Shown one piece after another: positions 1-13,000 of a stretch of 64,000 nucleotides of DNA. Source of the stretch: Perkinsus chesapeaki ATCC PRA-425 (lineage: Eukaryota; Protista; Perkinsozoa); the NCBI GenBank assembly GCA_013115145.1, contig JAAPAO010000028.1:1-64000 (forward strand). Direction: 5' to 3'. The translations under genes and the position numbers were made by a program. The stretch's first letter is position 1. The number at the start of each line of letters is the position of its first letter. The notes under the pieces are model-generated. The model worked only from the letters and a program-made list of their open reading frames with translations, was not told the origin of the DNA and made no database searches.

Positions 1-72
1 GGAGCCTAGTAACATAGAGAGCATTAGTATTATAAGGGAGCCTAGTAACATAGAGAGCATTAGTATTATAAG
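1..72. repeat. 36-bp tandem repeat, 2 exact copies (probably intronic; cut by window edge)
   Basis: ggagcctagtaacatagagagcattagtattataag occurs at 1-36 and 37-72. Confidence 0.95.
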
Positions 73-1244
73 GAAGGATAGTAACATATTCTAGTAACTT
101 CGAACACGCCACCGTAAAGTTGAATCATTCCCAGGGGACTCACCGGCACAGGCATTCGGCTGCTATTGCCACCACCATCCTCTTCAGCTTGATAATCCGT
201 ATCAGCACCATCGCTGCTGCCGCGTCCTCTGCCACCAGCCCGTCTTGTATCAAAGTACATAACCGCTCCACTCTTCCCAGAGCTGAGTGGTTGAAGACCA
301 GTACCTGGGCAAGGAATGCACTTCATCGCAAGTACTAACATGATCCATTGCAATCTAACAAACACATAGATCCACACTAATCACGGTACACGACGACCTC
401 AGCAGATTCACGACAGTTTAAGAGGAACCCGCCGATATTGGTAGAACCACAGCCACCGAGTACATCACAATGAACAGCCTATGAACCCTCCGAAGTACGA
501 GGTAGACTTTGCGAGACTTGTTTGAGCAGGGAGGCAAGGACCTACCCGTGGTCATGATCTTCGATATCATTCGGTAGACAGCTCGCTCGCCATTCTCCCG
601 GTCTGATAAGTATCCTTCCCGAGTGTGCCTGCTTATAGACCTACCTTTCGATGCTGTCTTCGCTGACCTAAGGCTTATGGTCATAGTAACAGGCTGAGTT
701 ATGCTCTTAGAGGCCCCCGCCGACGCTGGCCTTATTTTGGCCGGGGCGTCATGATCGACCGCCACCAGCGGTGTTGTGACCTGACGCTTCAGCAGTGGCA
801 GTGCCACCAAGACACGGCTCAGCTACCTTCACCGGAGAGTAGAGGATGTTACTCTCGATCACAAAAGGCTTAAGTTGATCGGCAACTTGCTCAAGTAGAT
901 AATCTTGAATCTTCCGCATGGACGTTCTATCAACCTCCTGAGAATCTTTGTCACTATTGACCATGCACGGCTGGCTGGCTCACCAGAAGGCTTGGTACTG
1001 TAATTATGTCGTACGCCTGTATGCCTTGGGTTGCTATAACCTCCGATCTGAGACACTCCTATAATCAGGACGAAATAGCTGCTTACGTGAGCCCGAAAAA
1101 GTTGGCAACGAGACGAACTTTTCGTCCATACGAGCCGGGCGGCGGAGCTGGCGGAAAGAGGCCGTCATCAGGCAAGACTGTTGTATCCTGTTGAGGAGTA
1201 AAGTGTTGATGATGATAGTTGGATGACGAGGACGACGCAGCCAT
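1..1244 (-). CDS. Argonaute/PIWI-like protein, N-terminal exons only (gene runs off the window)
   Basis: Manual splicing (39-46 nt GT-AG introns) gives MAASSS...FPPAPPPGSYGRKVRLVANFFGLTSEVIATQGIQAYDIITVPSLLEVDRTSMRKIQDYLLEQVADQLKPFVIESNILYSPVK...VTMTISL. This resembles the ArgoN opening motif (P..PG.GT.G..I.L.ANYF ... Y.YDV.I.P). PAZ and PIWI domains are not seen in the window. Confidence 0.45.
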
Positions 1245-1394
1245 AGTTTAAAAATTGGAAGCGCAAGGTGGCTAAGGTGGAACCAAATGAACACGTTCGG
1301 AGCACCACAGTATATTCGATGAACTCGAGACGCCTTACTAAGGAGATAATGATACGGGGGCAGTTTTCTGTATGTCGTAGTGGACGTCGTTAGC

Positions 1395-3623
1395 TCACAT
1401 TCTCAGAGGCTTCAGCCCAAGCTTCGCTCGAAGCGCGTTAGCCTCATCAATCCTGAAACAGACTCTTGCCAGCAGCCTACCCAGCTGAATGCTTACTCCT
1501 GTTGCTCCTCCGAGTCCTTGCTGCTCTTGCTCTTCTTCTCCCCATGACGATGACGGTGATGGTGGTGGCGGTGCTTGTGCTCTCTGTCTCGAGAATTCGA
1601 CCTTAATAAGAGCTTGAAATGCAAGACTAATTCCACCCTTTACCTCGACTGGTCCTGAGCTTTGCCGCTGGGCTCGGCCCCTCCGGACGTACCGTTATTA
1701 GCCTAAAACCACCAAGTGACGACCACGCTCCTCGAACTGTTATAGCATGCCTTCACCTCAGCGCTCAACAATGCTTCACTCGCTTGATTCACCTCCGTAG
1801 GTTCATCCGCCGGCTCTTCCTTCAATCCTTCTATAACCTCAGGGGGCCAATTGAAAGGCTTCAGCGCCTCTCGTTCCTCCAGAACCTAGGAAACGATGGA
1901 ATTGGATAGCGCCGGTGCTTGAGGAATTACGTGGCGCTGCGGTAATTTTGGCAACCCCAATGTGATTATTTCGTCTTCCATGAGTAGTGTATTCACCCAC
2001 GTATCAAGATTGGATATCTCGAAGCTTCCGTCAAGCTTTCGTACTCTGACGAGAATAATACATTTCGGATGACCGGCGGAGTGGCCGCGATGCACTCACA
2101 CTATCTGCCGATAGTCCCACAGCACGGGCTCTAGCCAATTATAGACTTCCTCTGGCCGCCCGATGTATCGAATATACGTACAAGCTAGGGCACGAAGATA
2201 CCTGACCGAATGACACATGAAGACTATTAGTTCTATGCGAGGCTGACGATAAGACTATATTTAAGTGCATATCGTTGGACTCCAACGACATTTGGTTGAA
2301 ACCGTGAAGAGTCGCCAATACGTAGTGATCAGGCCGCCCTCAGCTCACCGCAGTTCTCCAGCGTCATCTCCCGCACTAAGATCGATGAAACTCTTGATTA
2401 TTTCCTTATCCGGTGCTATTTGCAACAGCTTCACCAAGAGACAGAGGAACGGGCTCGGACGTTGCAGTGGCCCATAGACGGTTCCGACGTACCTGAATGT
2501 ACAAGACAACCAGTAGTGAATCATCGACCGCAAAAGTGTGAAGTCTACGTAACCCCTTGAAGAATGAATGAAAACAAACAAACAGAACTGATGAGCTGCA
2601 GGAAAATTTCCTGAAGTAGACTCTGCACGAAAGTCTGCCACTCAGCGCATGACAGAATTGCCACGGGCCAGCAACACCACAAATAGCTTCGACGCGGATA
2701 GTGAACACGCTGAGCAGCTGCGTCGCAGCCGCTGCGAAGTGTGTGACATTTAAGCTTCCAGCTTCCTGCCACTCGAGACTCTGCATACGAGATTTACTTT
2801 CACCGTGTCCGTTGTCAAAAAAAGTCCTGGCATCAGACTGAAGCATCTTCGACATGTTGGTACCCAAGTAGGGTGAGATGGTGACCATTACCAGGGCATC
2901 AGAGTAAATGAGCCGTTTAAACTGGGAGGCTGAATAGCCATCTTCTGCAATGGCTTTTAAGTCATCGTTCACGATTTTGCTCGCCTCGAGCTTCTAGTAG
3001 TGTTTAGTCGAGAACTATTGGTACCATGGAGTGAACGCAATTGAATGCAATTCTCCACATCGTCGTTAACCCAAGGCCCTTTAGCATGTGGTAAGCGTTG
3101 CAGCTGGGCATGACGACTTCCTTCTGGTCCTGGCCTGCCTGTTACTCGCCAGATTAGCATTGAGGTCGTCGAAATAACGTGATCTTCTGGTTGCCTCTGG
3201 ATGTGGCAGGTTACAGCGGATGGGGCACCGACAGTATCGATCAGATGAAGCTCGCTCAATGACCAAACAGGCTGTAAGTATGTCCAAGTACTAAATGAGT
3301 GAGGGATATGGAATATCCCACCCTCAAAATTACTGCATATTAACCGAAGCTGCCAGCTTCGAGCTGGGATTTTCGGAAAACAATTATTCAGCAGAGGATT
3401 CCCGCCGCTCACTTGAGCTCTGCCGCTTTATCCAGTATAGTCTCAGCATTCAATCCGAAGCATTCCTCCTTCCAATACCGCAGTGAGTATACCCGATCTC
3501 TAACCTAATACACTTTATACACATATCTCAAACGAGGACGAGGCATCCTACAATCTGAGAAATGAGAAATTGAGGGTTGCCTCCGTGAGCCCCAGCGGCC
3601 CCTTTATCTGTAAGGTTAGCCAT
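1395..3623 (-). CDS. PRPF38A: Pre-mRNA splicing factor 38A (multi-exon)
   Basis: Exons give MANLTDKGAAGAHGGNPQFLI; RDRVYSLRYWKEECFGLNAETILDKAAELK|YVGTVYGPLQRPSPFLCLLVKLLQIAPDKEII; LDGSFEISNLDTWVNTLLMEDEIITLGLPKLPQRHV; C-terminal IDEANALRAKLGLKPLRM*. These match the PRP38A consensus blocks. Includes a 919-nt intron at 2494-3412. Confidence 0.93.
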
Positions 3624-3870
3624 AGTAAAAGGGCAGAGGCCAACAACCCCACTGAGGATGATGTAGAGAACGTTACGCAATGAAACGCTGAGTCGGGTGG
3701 TAACGCAATAAGACTTCCTCGAATTGGGAAAAGGGCGTAAACTCGCCACTGAGATAAAAAGAATTCAGCTACAGCAGCAAGAAACAAGACTCCCACTATC
3801 ACTCCTCTCGACTCCTTTTCAAAGCGTCACTAAAGAAATACCGATATGTGAGATCAGCGTAGTATAAAAT

Positions 3871-6800
3871 CTAAACGGACTGTAACGTGTACACTGGCAT
3901 TCCCCTCGATCTTTGCCTAAGCACCATATCCATCGTGACCATAGCACCCATTCCCTCTATCAATGGCGGAGCTCTCGGGAGCACGCAAGGATCGTGTCTG
4001 ACAAACAGTGATCCTACAAGCTCTGTCAACACTGAAACTCCACCTTCCCTTCACAGCCAACGTCTGAGTATGACCATCAAAATCGGCAGTCGACTGCTCT
4101 AAGCCAATCGAAGAAGCTGCCTTGATACACACCCTGCGGAAGCACTTGAAACTTACTAGACTACGGCGATGGCCCTACCGGAAGTAAACAGGCATTCCAC
4201 TAGTAATGCCACCAAGAGTTCCTCCATGATTGTTGCTTCTGGTGTGCAGGAGACCATCTTTATCAACACCGCTGGCGAAAGGATCGTTGTTCTGTGATCC
4301 CCGGAGAGTCCGGCAGCCTTCAAAGCCGGAGCCAATTTCGAACCTGAACACTTCTTCCGTCCACCCCATATAGCTAGCAGGGCATCTTAATACCCAACCA
4401 CGCAAGAAGGTGCGCGGGCTATAAAAACGGTATCTCCAACGAGAAAAAACAAACGGATTGGCCGACTCGATAATACTCGCTTTCTTGACTCAACCTCCGG
4501 GGGGCATTCTTATAAACTTTTTCGAAAGCTGCGGAGCTGCGATCTATCCCACCTACCCTTTAGTTGCTGGCAAGGACATCATACCCTTTGCCAGCTCCGC
4601 CTCAAACTTGTCCATACAAGGCTCGCCTAGGCCGACTGGACAATTGCTAATGCAACACGCAATAGCTCCACCACAACTATCATTTGCCTAGAAAACACAC
4701 ACAGGTGAGGTAGCTACCTATTCGGTAGTCGCCCTTACCGATTTAACTTGCATCAATCTTGCGGCCATACGCGCTGCAGTGGGCCCGTGTGGACATCTTA
4801 TATAATGCGTATTCGTCACACTAAGCTTGTCCACCGCAACTTCCGTAGCCGTCGGCAACCCTGTCGTCCCATCATAGACCGTTCCCGCACTGTCGATGAG
4901 ATACACCTCATCACCGCCCTCCAACTTGGCCTGGCGAATGACACCTGCCTCCCACGTAACACAGCCAGTGTCACCCGCTATGCCCCACCAAGTTCATCGA
5001 CTTCCTGCCTCGTTGGTGGCTTCGACTTAAAACCATTCCGGACGTCCTCCGGTATCCTAATGTCCATAATAGACTCTACCCAAGCAACAACAGTGCAGCC
5101 AAACTCCTTCAATAGATACTTCTCAGCCAGCGCTCCTGAGACCACACCACTCGCATATTAAAAAATATGAACATATTTTTAAATATGTTAGAAAATTAAT
5201 TTAAACATCAACAAGAATATATTTTTAAATTTTTAACAATTAACAATTATTGAAGAATATAACCATCATACAAGAAAACCTATTCGTCGGAGAAGAGTCC
5301 GTAAAACCCAACTCCCCTCCTCACCAGCGGCAACCCTCCCGATCGTCTCACGAGCAGACGCACGCCCTCCACCACTGCTCGCTTTGATTCCGTACTTAAC
5401 CTACAAGCCAAACACCTTCAAGTGACGGCCAAAGTGTACGATGACCGCAAAGACAGACTGTCCGAGACAGTGTACTTGGCTATGGCATGTGATATAGTAA
5501 CAATACAGTCTGCAGCACGATACGGAGATGTGACAGCATAACGACGTTTGTATTGCTGCAACATACGTATCAACCTTACGTGCACCGTAAGGTTTTCGAT
5601 CGATTCTTATTCATAAATGGACCACTACACTAACACACATAGGGTGCTAGTAGTCAGCGTTAGGCTACTGAAGTTGAGTATTCGGCGGTGAATAAGTAAC
5701 CGAACTACCGTATCCCACCAAATCATTGCTTCGCAGCAATGTTACGATTTGTTGTCCGCCTACGGCTAAGGCCACTGTACCCGCCCACTGCTCTCACTTA
5801 TCATCATGATTGGTAAGGCGCAATGAGGCAACTTCCCTTTCATTATTTTCGGATATGTTACGCATGACAGCCCGCCCCTCGTGGACGCGCACGTCTTCTC
5901 GCTCGCAACTACTGTAGTCAACGTTGTGGTCCATTTTAAAGACCCGGCGGGGGGGGTTCCATACCCTCCACGCCCCGCCTCTTTAGCCATTTAATCATTA
6001 GATTCCCATCTAGTCGAGCAATCGACTCGCAATCTCTCCAACTCTTACGATTCCCCACCTGAATCTCACCTGATACGTATAATCAGCATGCCCCGGCCTC
6101 GGTATCAACGTTGTATTGGCATAGTCGAACTTCCTCTGATCCTTATTTTTCACCATCATCGCCACTGGTGTGCCCAGTGTAATACCGTTCTCAGTACCAG
6201 ACATTATAGTAACCTCATCAGCCTCCGATCGGGCTGTCGTTAGGGTGCTGAGACAACAACAGAGTAACAACAACTTCACACGGAACCGTATGCTCTGTAG
6301 CCAAGATATCGCAAGACGAGGGCTTAATGCCATTTACACGGCGGCGGTGGACCGTGAAAACCTTCGTTGTGAAATGCCACCCCGGTTTGGGAATATGGGA
6401 CTAGTGAAGCTGCAAAGCACCGGCACTGACCTAGACCATGAAAATCGTCTATATAATGGTATGAAACTGTCCAGTACTTCCGCGCGCCCTGAACTGTCTC
6501 TACAACAGCGATCATCCAAATGCTAGCGGAAAACGAGGCTCAGAGATTAGTAGAAGTGATACCCGATAATACAAGACATTGTGAGACGGTCGAATGAAAA
6601 TTGTCTAAGACAATAGATCGAAAGACCAGAAAATGAAACCTCACACGGGTAGCATCGAGTGAAGATGAGCTTTCCAAAATTCTGTCGCCTAACGAAGCAT
6701 ACCACTCGGTTCGCTAAGCTGTAGGGAGTAGCTCAAAAACGGATCCCGCAGAGTTGTCTGAATGATATAGGCGAGGTCACCTCTGTCCAGGGCGCCTCCT

Positions 6801-6932
6801 ATCCAGTTGAGGTTGGATATCTTCCTCAGTGAGCTCCAAACCAGGAGGCACACCGTCCACAACACATCCTACTGTCAGACCATGGGACTCTCCCCAAGTC
6901 GACACGCGGAAAGTGTGACCAAAAATCGACAT
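3871..6932 (-). CDS. aroC: Chorismate synthase (multi-exon)
   Basis: [18 protein letters not shown]; [16 protein letters not shown]; [15 protein letters not shown]; [19 protein letters not shown]; [36 protein letters not shown]; [13 protein letters not shown]; [18 protein letters not shown]. These are the signature motifs of the family. Confidence 0.97.
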
Positions 6933-7042
6933 CAGGAGTTCTCGAAAAAACTGCCATATTTCTGCCAAGCCGCGCAACGCAACCGTCCGCCAAGCGCTCC
7001 CATATGCGGGAAACATTACTATTGTACTCAATCTTAAAGGTG

Positions 7043-10000
7043 CTAATTCCAAGTAGTACGGCGTGCAGCATCATCATCGTCAACATCATCACCAGGCAAC
7101 TTATTCAATATTACACTCAAAAAAGTGATAAAATCGCTGAGCGTATGTTTCCGGTGGAGCACATGACACTCCCCCCGAAGGGTACCTATCCGCCGCTCCT
7201 CTTCAATCAACACCTCAAACAGCAGCTTCCTACCGAATAGCCTTCAGGACTCTCTCTGTCTTCTTTTTTGTGTCAAACTCTGTGAGAATGTCTATCATGC
7301 CCAAGAAGTACTTGCAACTGCCGTCCGACGAATCGAAAACTGTCGAGCTTCGGTATCTGCCCAACTAACCATCCAACATAACCAATGCATTTGTCGTCTC
7401 TTATTATTGCACTCTCTCCTATGTAAGCTCCGCGAACACATTCCCGGCTCGCAGAATGCTTGCACAACATCCCCTGGCCATCATGTTCAACCGTCGGACC
7501 CGTTCAGATTAATTCACTGTTCTATGTAGTCAGAGCCCCAATATATTTCTAACACCCCTAGCTTTAATCTGTCAAGCTGATGGCACACTAGAGTTTTCTC
7601 GTCCACCTAGTGGAGGATACACAAAGCTGAATATTGTGATAAGTATCTTAGTCATATCTTTGAACGAACGGTTTCATGTATCACCCACGTGAACTGATAC
7701 TAAGTATATTAAGCATTGGATAAGCTGCTCTCAGAGCCTGTCCTGCTGGGTTGAGTATCTATCTCTATTCCCAACCGCCCAAAGTCTCTTCTTACTTTCT
7801 GCCATGCTCCAACTGAGTCTCCCCATCCAGGCCATTACCTACGGTATTCTGACGCCTCACTGACATCTCCACCGGACTAAGAACAATACATTCACACTTC
7901 ACACGGATGGGAGCACCTTACTTGTTTTCATGCACACCTAAAAGCATCGAATAGTCAATTATATTGTGGCGCGCGAAAAATTCACAGTCCCGTCCGATCT
8001 GCTCCAACAGCGCGGCTCGGGAAGCCTGGCCAATATTAATCTTCATTCCGAGTTCTACAAAGTCATTGTCCTGAATGATGAGATCTGGAGTCGGAGATGC
8101 TCAGTCAACGCCGCCCAGTCCCACCTTGAGCGCAATACTTCTGTCGAATCCAGGCTGATCAAATCCGGGCGTGGAGCGGCCCACCCAGCTCCCTTTCAGA
8201 TCGAACCGTCTGTGCATTTCTGAAGACCAACGAGCCATTAGCAATCTATGAAGCTATAGTTTATACACCAACAAAGCAGCTTGTATAGTTGGTACAAGTT
8301 TATTGTCCTCAAAGTTCTACGTTCAACTTTTCGTATTGATAAGCAATACCTTTTTCTCATAAACGTTTCCCTATAATTAAGGTGCCACACATGTGGCCCG
8401 AGACGGGGCTGGGATGAGATTCTATGCTGCTCCTCAGCTCCTTAGGCATTGAAGAGTTCAAATCCATCGTAAAAAGCTTAGTGCATAGAATCCCATCTCA
8501 GCCCCGTCTCAAACTACCTGCGATTACGCAATCGCAGCTGTACTTTGACAAAATTACTGTTACTATTGTGTCGAAACTCAAACACACTGTCTCCCTCCCA
8601 GCAAGCTCACCAACATTAGCGTTGAACATGTTCCCCATAACCACGAAATATATCTTAGACTGCCTAGTATTACTCTGTCCCCCAGTGAACTCATTTGCAT
8701 GCTTCAATCTCAAACCTATCCCAAAGATCAATACCCAACCTCCAATGCAACCGCAATCCTACCATGCAGGCCAAAGAACCTACAGATCAGACTCGTACCG
8801 GCATGCTCCGATATATGCGCGTAATAATCCGGGAGCATCCTCTTCAGCAACTTCTTCTCCCGAGGCGACACCGTCTTCAACAAGAACTGCCCGTCTAAAA
8901 GCCAGGTCCATCTAGTGACACCTTGCCCGCAAGTTGCTGACCTGCAGTATAGTAGAAGAACGCACCAGACTTGCCTTCGGTTGAAAGCTCCGCCAAACTG
9001 GAGAGATTACCAAGCAACATATTTCCTAAAAAGGGAGCATGCCATCACACTCTAGTCGGTCATAAAGCATTGTTAAGTTATTTTCTAATTAAAAAAGGGT
9101 ATCCATTTAACTAGATACTTGATATATCTAAAAATAGGGATACTTGATCCCTATTACAATGAACTTTCATTATCAAAATATATTAAGTTCTTCTAACTTA
9201 ATACTATACTTATTATTGTATGCTTTTTATATGCTACTTAGCATCACCATATATTATTACTGCTGTTTCAACATATAACATTCTTCTTATTATAACTTCG
9301 CGCTAGCAACACTTTTCGTAGGGACCGTAGAGCTGGATACTAGATCCAAACTGCTGCTACACCGCAAGGCTCAGGAGAGGCTCTTCAAGCGCTATCAACC
9401 GACGAACCAAATGAAGGCCCAGTCGGTGATGAATTGAGCCCGCCCTAGGAGCAGCCTGCGGTCGGCCAAGTACTACCTAATAGTTGCTCAGGGCCCACAC
9501 TCCTCAGATACTCCTCATCACTTATACCAGACTTTTCTCGAAGTGATTTAAAGACATATGGTGCGTAGTCGATAAAACGAGTAATAGTTACCTGCGGAAT
9601 ATACGTAATATCGAGATAATATTCCTATGATAAAGCTATCCTCTAGAAGCCCGTCTTCCCTATTATACCAATAACTTCAACTGTAGCGAGGAGTAGTATA
9701 AACCTTACCACCGTAACCTCATAAACAGCTTCACATTGCAGGAACCACTGCTTGGTTAACTGTGCTACAAAGCATCATCCCAAGCTGCAGTTCATTACTA
9801 TAGTACTACACGACAAACAACTCCGACTTAGAATGATAAGTTCCTAAATCGCGGCCCGTTTTTCAACCCCAAACAGCTTCTACGGTTAATGCATCCGTAA
9901 GCCTCCCCTCCCATCCTCACCTTCTCCGACACTTTACTATCAAATATATTAGCGACTCGCGGTATGATAGAGAACTTGTCCTTCATTAAGAAGTCAGCGT

Positions 10001-13000
10001 CCAATACTGGCCTGTCTACTTCCTGTGATAGTCGACCAACTGATATTCTCAACCCTATCATCATGTTTAATACCTAACACACATACTACACAGTCTCACC
10101 AAACAAATCCAGGCGACAACAGCACTTTCACCGCCAGCAGCAACAACAATATAATAACGGCATAGTTAACGGCGATTTCACGGTGGCTTAAAGTGGATAT
10201 ACGGTTAGATTGTAAAGGGTAACGATACATCACTCCTTCGTGAATCGCTGCAAAGAGTTCCAGCCCACCGCCACACCGCATCCTCCATCGTCGCCCATCC
10301 AAATGAATATCGAACATGACAACAATAAACAGCGTCCAGAATGTAAAGACTGTCACTGTTATAATCAAATGGTGCATAGGTGTCTGTCGTTAGATATGTA
10401 ATGTCCCTCAAAGTGCGTACGTCGGAAAGGGTAAATTTAGAGAGAGTATGACGAATCCCGGTAACAACTGACGGTTTCGAAATGTACTCATTATTCTCGT
10501 TATACCGTTAGCATATACTTATATATTATTTTCCTCACCATATGCCATGTATAAATAATTATTTATTTACTTCTATACATGCCAGCGCCTGCTGCTGCTC
10601 ATCACCCCGATAACCGTGTCGCCTATCTATCGCATCTCCACCATCCATGTTAGTACCATATTCCAATCCTCATGTCCAAAATGCACTGCCAATCCCTTTT
10701 TAGGCCCCAATAACCTCCGAACTCTACTAGGCTTATGTTCTAAAGATACTCATTACTCCACACACTCTGCATTTACACTCACCTAACCGCCGTCTACTGC
10801 TCTGAGGCGGAGTCGAATGGGCGTCCATCTGAACAAGAAAACGGTTAAAAGGAACATCCGATTTCCCTACGTCAACAGCTGACTCCAATGACTGATGTGG
10901 ATCAAGGTATCGATGATGAATAGACTCGTGCTCGGGTCCATCCCCACCTGATTTGCGGGAAATATGGTATGAAATCCACCATATAGCCTACCAGGTGCGG
11001 CTACATTCATACTGGCCATGGACCGGAAGAATCCATACTCTGACCCTTTCAATTTGGAATCGCTTGGAGTGTTAGGAACTTGCGCTGAGTCACCTTTGTA
11101 GGGTGGCAACCTAAGTACATATGATACAAACAACAACCTACTATAAGACGCCCCGACTATATCCAAACCCACTTAAAGCTGATGAAGAGAGAACAGCGAG
11201 TTCAGCAAATCATATCCAACTTTAGAAAAAAATCCAAAAATCTTCAGGCTTCAAGTACGCCACTGAGCTTACTCACGCTCCAGCTCAAACATTGTCTGTA
11301 TGTCTTTGAAATGCTGTTTAATATTATCTTCCCAACTTTCTTTATTATGTTATATCTTCATTTTTCCTATCACCCTCGGCATCCAGGCCCATGCCGGTGA
11401 TGAGACGGACCCCTACCGACGTTCGCCCCCCACATCAATCAATGCCGCCGCTTCCATAAATTCAAAAGATTCTGCCAGTCAAGTGCTAGAGATACTCCAA
11501 CACTGCTCTCCTATTATAAAACCCTCTCCTACTTATCAGACTCCGATGACGAATCCCCTGCCAATCCCTCGGCGTCGATCATCTCCAATAGATGTGCCAC
11601 CCTAGCCGACACTTCCGCTGCACTCGGTGGCCGGCTCCTATCAAATGGCCGCTCCCTCTCGTCGGGTATATCCATTAGATCGATATCATCCGGATCCACC
11701 TCTGCCGTCTGCCGTCTGCCATTTGAAGGCTGACCAGCACAGCACCACAGAAACGATCGCCGTGTAGTGGGCTTGTGGTATACACCAACTACGGCAGTGT
11801 CCAGAGATGATAGCTTACAACCATCGGTTTGGACCTGGTATATCAAATATGGTGCAATATACAGGGCAATTTCAAGCACGGTCCAGATCATTTGGATAGT
11901 GACAATGTTGCCGAATACAGTGGTAAAAGATTACGATAACGAATGGAGAATCGCTACTCATAACATATCATTAATCCTTCAAAATTTTCGCTCCCCGGCG
12001 TGTCTCATTGTAGACAGATAATCATATCACAATGCTGAGCCTGGTTCACTCGGCTGCTTCGACAACAAAAAACAGCGCAAATTCAAACCCGGTAGCACAT
12101 TATCCGTTTAGTAGCTTACAGCTCGCAGTGCACTAGGAATATCAAAGTGACTAATATGGACCTGCCGAGAGCTTTCGAATGGTACCCGTTTTACCAATAA
12201 ATTCGCGATACAAAATTCCAGAGGATGCGCCTCACTTACAGCAGCCTGTATTTCCCCACCACTCCAATCTCCCCATCTCTCCCCTACTACCCCATCATCC
12301 TCCTTCGATCTATTAAATGACTCAAGTGTCTCCCTTAATTCAACGAGCTCCTTCCTCAACTCCACGTAAGCTCCCTTCGATATCGTCCTACTATCCGAAA
12401 CCGACTGTGTTGAGGCGTTCCTGAGGGAACAACGCGCACTTGTTCATTATATATACATTCGATGACATCCACTGCTGATGGTATGTACCAGCGTTATTAG
12501 CACAGTGGGATATGTGCTACTCAGTGTGAGTAATATATATCAGTGAATATACTTATATATTATCAGTGAATAATAACTTCCGACTACGTTGGTAAAGGAC
12601 TTTAGTGCATATGACTCCATAAAACAACATGTGAATAAGCAAGTCGGACTAGGTATACAATGCTTCACAATTTCACTGGCAAGTTCCTTATCGGTAGTAA
12701 TGTAACACCAATCGGTCTTGGTAAAACACTACCCCCCTCTCCTCAATATCACCTTCTGCTAACCTCCTCATTACTCCTATCTCTCTTAGGTGATCCTCCC
12801 CCACCAACAACCCCAATACCAGGCGGCAGGAGCAGCTGATTAGAGGTGTTATTGCAGGCCGGCGTGGTACTAGGCAACAGACCCAAGGTCTGTAGGAAGC
12901 CCAGATTGCTTTGGATGCCTTCCTGAAAGAGCCGGATCCTAATACTTGACAGACAGGTAGCGATACAATGATTCACTAAAACGAGAGTAATCAAGCCAGT

